From: Balanoglossus misakiensis
Lineage: Eukaryota > Animalia > Hemichordata
DNA: 64,000 nucleotides
Assembly (NCBI GenBank): GCA_040954595.2
Contig: CM082578.2
Span: forward strand, 13,298,304 to 13,362,303
Direction of reading: 5' to 3'
The notes beneath the pieces are model-generated. The model made no database searches, had not been told where the DNA came from, and saw only the letters and a program-made list of their open reading frames with translations. Within the stretch, counting starts at the first letter, position 1. Every line of letters starts with the position of its first letter. The translations under genes and the position numbers were made by a program. Below, in pieces: positions 40,130 through 52,435 of this stretch.

Positions 40130-41049
40130 AAAGTAACGTCTAACCACAGGGATCAAAAGGCATATATGTTGATTAATATCTTATCAGTTTTTGTTTATTA
40201 TTATAAAATAAATATAATTTTACTCCAAATCTTCTGCAACCAAGCAAAAAAATAGCAATTACACCATAGATTCACAGATACAAAGAAACCAGACTGTGGT
40301 GGGTAAATATGCATTTTATTTCCAGTAAAATATCTTCTTTCGACAGGAATCAGGTGAGGCATACACCTTCATTTGAATAACACTATTTTTGCATATGAAT
40401 ATATACATGTACATATAAAAATTGCTTAATACTTCTTAAACTTATTTCACATGGAGGCTGATACTGTAATTATTGAAATAAGGTTTAATACACCCATTAC
40501 TTCAGTCAGTTATATTGTAAATTAATGAAAAATAATTGACCATAACAGAAGCTACATTCAGCAGCTCCAAGATTCCATCCAATTGAATAAGTCATTAGTG
40601 CTCTATCTGTGTACATATCCAGTCAGCTTACGGAGACAAAGTATAAAATATAAAACAACTGCAGTTTCTGTCTTCTGAATGTTCTTTATTAAATGTTGGA
40701 TCAGAAATTAGGCAAAATTAGCATTAATTAATAATGAAAGGCAGACCCAATATTTTTAAAACAAAAACCTCATTTTTCATTTACATAAAATATTAACTAA
40801 CAGTCTCTTGCAGGTGTCTTTTTTTATGGCCAAGATCTGTTTGAAGGGAGTACACGATATGAGAAGTGACTAGCAGCCAACTTTCTTCTCCTGCACTGCA
40901 AGTGGTCCAACTCCAAGTCAAATCTTGACATCAAATACACCAGTCTAAATCCTAAACTCCCTTGTGAATGACACATCATTGCCACCTAGCACCAATCCCA
41001 ATATCCTAACTTCGTTGTTGAGACACGAAGGCACGTACTCAAACAGTGT

Positions 41050-44000
41050 TCAAAATTTGGTTTTCAACCGCCTGTTTTCCTCTTTCAATCTCTCAACTTC
41101 AGCGATGAGGACATCATTTACAGAGTACTTGGCCATCTCTGCTTTCAGTTCATTCTAGGAAAAAAAGTGACAAGAATTGATTTAGAATGTGAAAAATGGA
41201 AAATTGAATTCAAGCAAACTATGAAGCCACACGGATGGCCTGAACGAGTATTTGACTTCTGTTGTGACTGAAGAAAGACATGAATGAGCTATCACTCACC
41301 ATTTGTATTTGAAATTGTCTTAACATTTCTATCTGTAGATTGACGACGTCTCTGTGTAGTGATATCCTGAAAGAGAAATAGAAACAATTTTTATTGTAAG
41401 CATTTTCTTTCCTCTCCCTTTGCTTTATCACCCCAGTAAATCATTTTCCGAGCCTGCTATTCTTACCTTGCATCCTCAACTGCATCTTCAATCATATTCT
41501 TGATGAATTCAACTTGGAAAGGTTGAAACTGTGCTCCTGGAACATGGGCACTGGCACCACCAGTGGCTCCGCCCACCTCGCCATCAGTGGCATCCCCTGG
41601 ATATCCACTGTTGACATCATGCCCTGGTGCAGCTGGCAGAGTGGTTCTGAAAAGCGGCTGGGGTGATGATGATGATGCTGCTGGTGGTATTTCATTGGTG
41701 GGAGGAGTATGTCTGGATGGTAGCAGTTTGCCTGGTTGTTCATGTCGGGCAGGTGACGCAATAGGTGGCTTGGGTGATGCATTGTAGTAAGGTGATGATA
41801 ATACTGCAGGTTGAGTTGGTTGGGCAGGCTATCAAAGACCAAAAGTACACATTACATGAAAACTGTCTCTCAGTCATATTGTATGCATTCCTTTGTCAGA
41901 AAATTTAACTGTATAGTTGGCTAGAACACCACCACAAGGATTGTAATTTAATATGCAGATCATTACAGTAATACACTGCACCAGAAATGTTTACTTACAG
42001 ATGGCATATGATGTAAGGCACTTGTTATAACTGGTGTTGGCTCCAGATAGGCCAGTGATTCTTGTGGAGCATAGCCCTCTTGTACCAGAGACTGATGTGA
42101 ATACAAAGGGCCAGTACTGTAGACATTGCCTGGCCCAGTGATATACCTTGTTGGTGGTGTCACATTTGTGATATTATCTGACAATGGTGAGAAAATTGAC
42201 CCTGGAGATAAGAAAGGAAAGAAAGAGTTGTTAGAAACTTCCTCAAACAAATAAATTATACAGGTGCTTGAGAAAAAAATGCTTGTTAGAAAAGATACCG
42301 GAATATTTGACTTATTCTATAAATCAGCAACCTGCCAAAGATGTTAGGGGAAGGACTATAGACAGAATACAGTTTACCTTGAATACCGATGTCTGGTTTG
42401 TCTGCCTTGCTCATCACATCTCCATCACCATGAGCTGTAAGCAAACAATACAAAAGACTGCAAGTTTGTACTACACTCAGAACCAACTAGGAAAAACCCA
42501 CCAATCTCCAGGCCTTGATGTACTCAAGGTATTGATTCACTATTCTGTGCTTACCTATTGGTGAAAAAACTTCATTGTGAGTAACCACTGTCTCTGGTCT
42601 TTGGTGGATGATATTTTCTTGTTCACTTTCAGGACTATCAGACTCTGCGTTGCCCGAATCAACTCCTGTTGATGCTCTAAGTTTCTTACTTTGTGTACCA
42701 CTGCTCCTTGATGGTTTACTGCTAACTGTATCATTCTGAAATGAAACAATTTGGACATTCATAGCTTTCCTGGAGCTTGGGCTTTAATGTTACACTTCAT
42801 TTATCATGCAGTTCTCCAACGGACAATAGTTTATACTTGGTGTTCTTGTCAGACACAAGGAGCTACATAACTGCTTGAACTAAATTTCAGCATATCAAAG
42901 TTCCAATACTTCCATGGTTGCATGTAGGCCCAGCTGTTCACCACCCAATGTTTTCAACAGGGACTCTGGTCTGACAACATCAAGAAATATGGATGACAGA
43001 TTGAAATACCTACCTTAGAGAAAGGTCTTTGGAATGAAAGACACTGGACAGATGATTTATGTGCTGTGAAGGCGTCTTTAGGTGTTTCACCCATTCGAAG
43101 GTCATACACCCTGATTTGACCTCGTGAAGTTCCAACAGCAAATGTTGCACCATCAGTCATGAAATCTATTGATGTTAGAGGACAATCTGCAGTGATTGTC
43201 TTCACAGCACTGCAGAAAGAACAATTGGGGAGAATTTATTACTTTATCCATGACATCAATGAGACAGTGCACTTAATTGTACCTGCTGCTCAGGTACCTT
43301 ACCCTGCCAAATCGGTTTTATTTGTATCATCAGCCAGTATTACCACAGGAATTCAGAAGTAGCCAAATTACAGTGCTTTCTTGTCGCAATACAATACATA
43401 AAATAGCTTTATTTCGATGAGCTTGAGTTATTTCAGTAAAAAATAAAACAAACACAACAGAGATTCTAGTTTACCTTTTGCCTTGTGCATCATAACACAC
43501 AATTCTCTTATCCAGACCAACAGATGCTAGCAACATATCATTGACAGGTGAAAAACACATGGCTGTTGCAGGGGATCTGTGTGTATCTGTAAATGACTTG
43601 AGAAGTTTGTGCGAGTTTGCATCCCACAAATTGAGACAGCCATCGTCAGAAACAGAACCAAGGAGAGACTTCTTGAAGTGAGAGTACTGTAGCCCTCGTA
43701 TTGCCTTGAATACAATAGGAAATCAAATGTTAGTGAAAATAACTCATAGGCAGGGTTATTTTAGTGAAACATTTCAACCTTCATATGTATGCAGTGACTG
43801 TATTATATGGGCCTATGTTGCATCATCAATATCATATCCCACTGACTAACATGTGTTGTTATTTAACTGTTTACCATGTTAAATCATATTTTTCATCCAA
43901 GTTCATAACAATAAAGCTCACCTGTACTTTAGGAGCTCGAAGTGGACTGAAAGATTGTCCAGATATAACATTGCTAAGAATGATGTCACCATTGGCTGAT

Positions 44001-44973
44001 CCTGAAGCAATGTATGTGTCATTGAAGTTCACGGTGACACACGTCACACTATCAGTATGTTCCTGTGAGTAGACATATCGTGTAGATTCAAGGTTACGTT
44101 GTAAATCTGATTTGAATAGGTTGAGAGTTTATATTCATTTGGCCTTTGAAATAAAGCTTAAGTTTCAAACTGTTTATGATTTCAAATGAACTAGAAGCCC
44201 TCAAGTTTTTATGACATTTTATAATAACTACACATCCAGAAAAAAATTGTCTCACCTTAAAACTCTTCTTCAATTTTCTCGTTTTCATATCCCATATATT
44301 TACAATCTTATTTTTTCCACCAGAAATCAGGTACCTAGAGTTACTAATGAAACTTAAACACATCTGTTTGTCCTGTTGATTAACACAAGAATTTAAGATT
44401 TATCAATTAGAACATCTTCTCATTGAACTAAAGAACTTGAAGTATTGAACAGTACAAAACAATCCACGATCAGATGATAATTCATATACTAAACTATCAC
44501 AGCATGTACATGTACATTACCACACTAAAAAGTGTACAAGGCGGTAGTTTGGTTACTTACCCCCTCAGCAAGGATTTCTGTAACTACATTTGGCAATCTT
44601 TTGACAGAAGTTACTGCTATTTTATCACCAGCTGTAGAAGCACTGCCCAGAGTCAGATGTATTCACAAATTAAGGATAATGTTGAATTTCTAGACAAATC
44701 AAGAACTTTTTTTTCCTTGGGAGATTTGTTGATGGAAAACATGACATGCATGTGCAAGTTGCTCACTAATTAATTGAAGACCACAAATAATGTAACTCCT
44801 GCATGAGTGATATATTAATAAAATGGAGTTTCTCACAAAAGGATATTGTTGTTGCTCCATTTCACAGCTGACAGCCCCTGTGAATGAGGGTTGAACTGTT
44901 TGACAACATTCTTTGTTGTCAAGTCCCATATTTTTATGTCATCACCTCCGGAGACAAGTTTCAGTTCAGACAT
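41050..44973 (-). CDS. NEDD1: NEDD1 / GCP-WD gamma-tubulin ring complex targeting factor (exons 44973-44847, 44658-44561, ~44372-44256, ~44062-43922, ~43704-43475, ~43210-43014, ~42735-42555, ~42434-42318, ~42202-41999, ~41829-41467, ~41367-41300, ~41155-41050)
   Basis: MSELKLVSGGDDIKIWD..FNPH, GDKIAV, YLISGG..VNIWD, YIASGS, KKSLLGSVSDDG, CFSPVN..VGLDKRI, DFMTDGAT, and C-terminal LHRDVVNLQIEMLRQF..EENRRLK match recalled human NEDD1. Confidence 0.95.
44659..44846 (-). other. U12-type (minor spliceosome) AT-AC intron in NEDD1
   Basis: 5' splice site ATATCCTTTT, branch site TCCTTAAT (44676-44669), terminal AC. Removal restores WSNN-N-LTLGSAS in frame. Confidence 0.9.
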
Positions 44974-45764
44974 CTTGACTGTTTACTGAGACACACAATG
45001 GATATTGAAGTCCACTTGAGGGTTTTTGATTCAAAACATATGTATGCCCCTTTAGTGGCTCAATTTCAACGTCCTTCACTCCCTTGTGGAACAGTCAGCC
45101 TTGAACTTGAAATGCTACGCAGGAACTGTTTTCATACATCATAGAGGCAGTGTGTAGAGGCCCTGTGATAAAAGGTGTTGTTCCAGGTGGCAGACAACCA
45201 TGGTTCCATACACGTGATGATAGTACTGCAATGTATTCACTGACTGCCCTGGCACTAATAATATCCCAGTATATAACTATAAATTATGATCACTGAAAAT
45301 ATGAAAGATAAAATACATTACAAGGACATGACATATGCTTGAAATAACTGAATAAACCAATCTTCTGTCAGTTGGCCGGTGTCACGCCTACCGATACAAG
45401 TTACAACAGATGTTCATGTGACTCATTGTAACAGTGGAAGTCACTCATGATATGAAATTCTGGCTCTGCGTGGCACGGACAGCTGCTTTACGTCTTATGG
45501 CGATGCCTCTCACAGCTTAAGAAATTCACGACGAATTTACACTTTCCATCACAGGCGTCGGAATCACACTGGCTGCCGTGGTCGCCTCATTCAAACCGTA
45601 AATATTTACGGGTTGAAACAAGCGACCACAACAATCAACAGTATGATTCTGACGCCTGTGCTTGCCAACTTGATCCTAAATAAATTCTTGATTACTGCAA
45701 TCAAGCTTATTTAACACACTGAAGTTCACACCATAAACTGTGAGTCAAACCATGCATTACTTAC

Positions 45765-46323
45765 AATGCACATCATCTGCTTTGGCAATGGTCAGGATAA
45801 AATCAATGCTTCAGAACTTGACGGAATAGACCACACTCATTTCACGATTACCGCCATTTTTGATTTCCGACCATTACATACTGCGCACGCCCAGTTTTCA
45901 AACTGACAGCTGCAGTGAAAGTTGTTATAACACTTATAGATTCCACCCATTAAACATAAAGGTATTATAGATAAAACAACAAGTGCTTTGATTTACCATT
46001 AAAAGTTTTGATAGATTAGAATATTAAGTTCTTCGGGAGCTGTCTAAAAAATAATATCTCTTTAAAATTTTATACGCGAACGAGGCTACCCTGCCCAGCT
46101 GCGCTTTGGCTGGTACCCTGCCTCGGTGACAAACACTAATAAAAGATTGTTTTGCTCAAAATTGTGTGTGTTTTTTCGCTTTAAATATTCTTGAAACATA
46201 AGCGTGTTGATGTAAAGCAATTCACTTCGGCAAACACCGCGCGCGTGCCCATCTTCTTTTAGCCTCGTTTTGAGAAGCGTGATGAGGTCGAAGGTAATCG
46301 ACCTTACGCAGCTTACCGGCAAG
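45765..46323. promoter_or_regulatory. Bidirectional NEDD1 / ATP5F1C promoter, with putative NEDD1 non-coding exon 1 (donor GTAAGT at 45764)
   Basis: Head-to-head genes; YY1 motif CCGCCATTTT (45851), NRF1-like TGCGCACGC (~45882), CpG-rich segment, YY1 AAGATGGCGG over the ATP5F1C ATG. Confidence 0.55.
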
Positions 46324-48611
46324 ATGGCGGCCATAGCAGTGAGAAGTGCGGTTTTCGTGCCGCAAGGGTGAGTTGATCGTAGAGTTTAACACGATATAAA
46401 TATGATAAACGTAATCAACTTTAATATGCGACTTTTCCTTTCACGAAAGTAACGTTTCTTTTGATTGGCATGTTTTAATATACTACGAAGACCATGATCA
46501 GATCACACACGGCAAAATACAACATGGCGGACGTGCAGACTGGTGTACATAGCATGGCAACTTTTAGCTCTGTGTACAGGCCTGTGAGTTCGCGGCGTTA
46601 CACGGCCTCCGGAACACGCAGAAATAGAAAACTTTTATTTATGATTTAACTTGAAGTGACAAGAATATTGATTTCTTTACAATTACATGTCAATGCTAGT
46701 AATTTTATTATGTGGTTGCTCCAGTGATATTGACAAATTATATTGCAATGCAAATGTCTTACTCTAGCATTTACTTCTGTGGGTGGTTGCTAATACGTAG
46801 ACTATTTTTGTACATTTTCAGCATTTCAGTAAGAAATATGGCCACACTGAAGGACAGTAAGTACACGTTCATTGCACTGTTCATTGCCCTTTTGCAATCA
46901 CCATTAAAATATTATGTCGGAAACTAAAATTGTTGCAAACTAAATTAGTATTTCTCATTTTTTTCATATAGTCCGTCTTCGTCTGAAGTCAGTAACAAAC
47001 ATTCAGAAAATTACAAAGTCCATGAAAATGGTGTCTGCGGCCAAGTTCAGTCGAGCAGAAAGAGAACTCAAGCCAGCTAGAACATATGGAGCCGGAGCAA
47101 ATGGTATGTTGAATGAACAGTAGGGAAATGGGCCGTGTCTTTTTATGTTCAGAAATCAGTTGCCAACTTTTTGCCATTTGAAAGAGAAAGTCAAAAGCTG
47201 GTGACTTTTCCCCTTGTATAAATGCATTTTACTGGTAACCCAGTTGCTATTGGACATTTTGTTCGTTTTAGCATTCTATCAAAAGGCCGATATCAAAGCG
47301 GAAGAGAAGAACAAGAAGCTGCTGCTGGCTATCTCCAGTGACCGTGGTCTGTGTGGGGGTATACACTCCAATATATGTAAAGCCATCAAGGCAGAGATGG
47401 CAGAGATACCAGCTGATACTGAAGTGAAAATTGCCTGTGTGGGAGACAAGGCAAGACAGATATTGCAAAGGTGAGGTACTTTCATTTAAGGCTTTCATAT
47501 TTATTGACGAGGCTTTTTTAGTGATTTAAAGCCTCCCCTTATCATGACTTCCTCCAACAAATAAAAGACGATGAATCTCTCCTTTCATCTCATCTAGAGT
47601 GTTCAAGGACAAGATGTTATTCCACGTAACAGAATATGGCAAAAGACCACCGGTGTTCGAAGACGCTTCCAAAGTAGCAACGGCTCTTCTGGAAAGTGGC
47701 TTTGAGTTTGATATAGGCTCAATATTCTATAATAGATTCAAGTAAGTTACAAGACGTTTTGAAAATATCTACATTTTTGAAAAATGAAAGTAGGCCCAAA
47801 AGTAACATGACTACAGACAAAAGATAAGCTTCCCACAATCTTCTGGCTTTACTGTATTATGTCTTTAGCACATGATATTTACATGTGCATCACAATCGAA
47901 AATTTGTCACTTTCTCAGAGAATTTATCCCTAACCAATGTCATATCCTGACACTATTTTTTATTTCAGGACTGTTGTGTCCTACTCAACCACAGTTCAAC
48001 CAGTGTTTGCTTTAGATACAGTTGCAGAGTCAGGTCTGTATATTCTGTTCTTTATGTCACTTTTCGTGTGAAATATTTGCATTGTGTGTTTTCCTTAGTG
48101 AACCAGGGGAGGGAAGAGTAGGTGACAATAATTAACAAAGTTGATCACATTTCCTCTCCACAGATACCATCAGTGTATATGATGATGTGGATGCAGAAAT
48201 CCTACGTAACTACTCGGAGTTTACCCTCGCTAATTTAATATTTTTTGCAATGAAAGAATCTGCATGCAGTGAACACAGTTCCAGAATGACAGCTATGGAT
48301 GCTGCAAGTAAGAATGCAGGTAAGTTTTCTACACATTACCTTTTCATGCCACCCCAGCTTAAAATCTGTGATGCCAAACAAACTCAACACAGCATTTGTG
48401 AAAAATTAAGTGTGATTGAAGCGCAAAGAATGACTGATGAGTTTTCAGTGCAGTTACATTTTTGTGTTACTTATCTTTGATGTAATGCAATTCATTTATC
48501 TTCATTGCAGGAGAAATGATTGACAAGTTGACACTGACGTTTAACAGAACCCGTCAAGGTGTCATCACCAAGGAGTTGATTGAAATCATCTCAGGTGCTG
48601 CTGCTCTGTAA
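46324..48611 (+). CDS. ATP5F1C: Mitochondrial ATP synthase F1 gamma subunit (exons 46324-46367, 46822-46856, 46972-47103, 47272-47470, 47598-47741, 47969-48033, 48164-48319, 48511-48611)
   Basis: [94 protein letters not shown]. Confidence 0.98.
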
Positions 48612-48860
48612 GAATCTCCCTACCCAATTTATAGTGTGTTTTGTTGTGCCAAGAAAGTAGGAACGTGATTCTTTTACTCTGAAACAAAGTATATCCCATC
48701 TGCTGTAAAGGTTTCTAGGCGTGGTGACAAAAATAACTTTCCCACTAAGTACAGAAATCTGTTTGAAAAGGTTTGGGTGTTTGGAATGTAATTTCGAAAG
48801 TTGTTCTTTTTTTCCAGAAAATTTGATTACCCTTGTGCAGCATTTGTAATGCCAGACCAG

Positions 48861-48866
48861 AATAAA
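48861..48866 (+). terminator. Poly(A) signal of ATP5F1C
   Basis: AATAAA 250 nt after the stop, followed by a GT/T-rich tract. Confidence 0.55.
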
Positions 48867-48927
48867 ACTATATTAACTCTTTAGTATTGTTGTCATGGTC
48901 ATTCGTTTTTGTGTAAGCTCTCATTGC

Positions 48928-49004
48928 TTCACCCTTCACCCCAGTTCCCTCTATGAAGGTCCAACCTTCCCATTTGGACTGGACCATTGTGGTGTAAGGG
49001 TTAA
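48928..49004 (+). mobile_element. Near-complete ~70-bp piggyBac-like MITE
   Basis: ttca-CCCTTCACC...GGTGTAAGGG-TTAA; imperfect TIRs, and a body shared with the copies at 16681 and 18047. Confidence 0.55.
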
Positions 49005-49330
49005 TGTATGCCTAGGAAGCTGCTGCAAGTGATTACTTGTGCTTGTGCCTTAAAATTGGAGCGCAAAATTATCATAATGCACACATTTAATGTGTCAAAT
49101 TATGAATACAATAGCATTTAGAAGAAAAAAAAGATCACATTTAACGGGTCTATGACGTGCCCATACCCACAACACGTAAAATCCCTCTTTGGCTGTTGAA
49201 GTCAAGCTATAGTTTAATAAATTCCAAAGCAATATGACCAGTACAGTGGTTTCTCAGAATACATTTTGTGCGTCAAATATCCATAGCTGCCACCTCCAAA
49301 ATAGTTTTCCTTGGGTACATCTTAAAGGAA

Positions 49331-52300
49331 TTACACTGTTGTTGTCATGTATTCAAGTACTTCGCTGGTATCTTCTAGCTCTGTAAACTGCATGTTTGTG
49401 TCCGTTTGCGCTTGTCTATCCAAGATAAATGTTGCAGCAACAAGCAGTATACCACTTGCAACAGCCAGGCTGCCGGCAAGAATGAAGGCAACTGCATAGA
49501 TACTGGTGTAATCATACAAGTATCCTAGGTAAGAAAGGAAAAAGAGGTGGACATTTATTACCAATGTTTTCAGCAGCTGAAGTTCATGCAGTTTGATATA
49601 TAAGGCCACTTAAAACCCTAATCTGATTATATTATAAAGTTTCGCTTATACTGGTACAATTTAGAGAAAGTTGTATATCTCAAAAGTAATGAAAAAAAAT
49701 GATGCACATGAGGGTTTTCATAGCACCGCAATGTGGAACGTCAATTGAGTATTTCACCACTAATGCACTGTTCAGTTGCGGCAGTTTTGTATGATAGAGG
49801 ACAGTGACTTTCATGGAAGCCTCCTCTCCGTTAAAAGCTTACTTTAGTTCATACCTGCTAATGGTGGTACAAGAAGTTGCGTCACGCCACCAAATAGGAG
49901 ACTCCAACCATAAGCTGAGGTGAACAGCTTTATACCAACAATCTGGCGTACTGCAACGCTGGATTGTGCAGCGTACACACCACGGAAGAAGCCAAGGAGA
50001 GTATTCACAATGCAAAATGACACCACTGACGACGCACTGATTTCTAAGTACATAGCAGAGCCATAAAGTATGTAGGCTACACCAAGCGGTCGCAAAACTT
50101 TCGATCGCAGACGACTGAATATCATGCCAACTACAGGACCGCTGATCATGTTGCTTGCACCGAAAATGGAGAGAAGGAGCGCCACCTGTTGTCCCTGGAG
50201 ACCTTTACTCCACATTAGAGGTGCTAAGTACACGGTTGATGTAATTTGGGCACCAGCCGCCAATCCAAATGATATCAGAAATACCACAAACATGGTGTTT
50301 CCCGAGAAAACTGAACAGTCGAAGCTGTTGCTTATCAGACTAGCGCATCCACATTTACGTTTACAACATGACGGGGCAGTTGTTTTTGATTCTGCTCTTT
50401 CCTGTGAAGATATTTCATCATTGCCAAGAAACTCATCTTGATTTTCAGTCGTTTTCTGTTGGGTAGTTTTGGGAGGTCGTAACAATGCACCCCCAACACA
50501 CATATTTGCGGCAAGGGCAGCATAGACTAGAAATGTTCCTCTCAATCCATAGTTTTCGAGACAATATTGGAATATTGGCGGTATCGCTACGGATCCAAAC
50601 CCGACACCTGTAAAGGCTAGTCCACTGGCCAATGGATGTCTTTTTTTGAAGTAGAATCCCAAGAATGGCAATGCCGATGTTCCTGCTAATGAATTTGCAA
50701 TTCCTGTGAATCGTAAGAACGAAAAAGAGTATGATTGACATATAATCACTCGTTTGTTAGAATTAAGGCAGCCATTTGAAGAAATGTACTAAACAGGGTT
50801 TTAAAGAATTCCGCACATGAAATATTTCCCCTCAAATTGATCTATCTTGCTGTAAAAACAATTTCAACCTCGGTGGTATCTTTTATCTACCATATTGTAT
50901 GATAATAGGATAAAGGGGACAGTATAGAGAGAGAGAGTATCAGCTGCAATAGTTTGGCCAACTTGAACGCAATATAGCGCCCACAAGTGGCCACGTTTCT
51001 CTTAATACTAGCAAGAACAAAAAAGGGAAGCGAGATCAATTATTATAGTACGTATATTTTATCAACATGTACACTCTAACGAATAAGCTTAGTTTACGCG
51101 TGCGGGTGCTCACGTTTTTAGCTGATATTTTTTAATGCAATTATCGAAAAATAGCCACTTTATGATGCAACTGTGAAATAGAAGAAAACAGTCAAACGAT
51201 GCATTTCTTGAGCGGGGGCCCAATACTCTGGTTGGAGTGCGCATGCACGAATTGGCGATATTTTAATTAAAACTGTTCGTCCAAATGAAAAAGTGATTTT
51301 ACAAATGATATTTTTGTATACACTGAACTTTCATTATTCGACACTGCCGCTTAAATCTCTTGATAAGAATATACTTACCATTTAGTATCCCGGCAGTTAT
51401 TATAAGCTGCCAGATTCTATTAGCAAACGAACTCAGAGCCAGTGCAACAAATGATAGAACTCCACCCCCGATAACAACTTTTCTATGTCCAAACTTCTTT
51501 GATAAGGCAGCGGCCACTGGCCCTAAAAGAGATTCGAAAATATGACGTGGAAAGTTACCCGTGCCTACATTTTCAACATGCACATAGTGTATCTACTCAC
51601 GACCATGATACCGATATTTTACCTTCAAAGTGTCACCTGTGTGTATTTTGAACCTAGCATAAATCACTATATCACGTCACAAATGTAGCGATCGAGTTTG
51701 CTCAACTTTGGAAATACTCCACGTGGTTTTGTTTAATTGGGCTCTAAACCAAGTTTCTGGGCAATTTGCTGGATTGCACACATAGACCCTGGAGCGAAAG
51801 TGTCTATGATTGCACTACAACCAGGACCTTGGTTCAGTTATCCAGTCTCCATATGTCTAAATCCATTTCTCGCTTGTCCAAAGTACGAGATTGGAATTCT
51901 ACCCACAAATATGTCGGCCAAACCATAGACAGTAGAGAATGTCTATGGCCAAACTGCTTGGCTATAGTTCTGTACTTCTCCGCCGGCTGCATAAACCTTC
52001 TCTTTCATTGCTCGTCAAGACAACGATATATATACCAAGATTAACCATAACGAGCATGATTTGCAGTACACTCTTTTAACGCACAAAGTCGTCTTTTACT
52101 AGCGGACTTAGTTTTTTGGTTCACAAGTACAACAATTTGTGTCACACGTCAAAGGTTACAACCTGCTTTGGCGTATATGCCTTATCTCAAGGACATCTTG
52201 ACCTACCTGCGAGTAGGGCTAAGCTGGCGCATATGGAGTTTATCCACGATGCCGTGCCAGCATCAGCGTCAAAAAAGTTCACAATAGCCAGAAACAGTAT

Positions 52301-52435
52301 TCCCAGGGAAGACATAGTGCCACGAACAATGAACACTATGAAGAACACGCCGAGGATCACCAACCAACCATAGCCACCCTCGGGTACTTGCTGCATTTCA
52401 CCAGTGTTGGTTCTTTCTGTACTGTACCTTTTCAT
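49331..52435 (-). CDS. SLC16 / monocarboxylate-transporter-family MFS protein (exons 52435-52207, 51522-51379, 50703-49855, 49524-49331)
   Basis: VPEGGYGWLV (PDGGWGW-like), GPVAAALSKKFGHRKV, YFKKRHPLASGLAFTG, GALLRP, PPLAGYLYD.T..Y; ~12 TM segments; phase-1 introns. C-terminus TTV is PDZ-binding-like. Confidence 0.9.
50975..50993 (-). promoter_or_regulatory. CTCF-like motif in SLC16 intron
   Basis: Minus strand TGGCCACTTGTGGGCGCTA. Confidence 0.45.
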
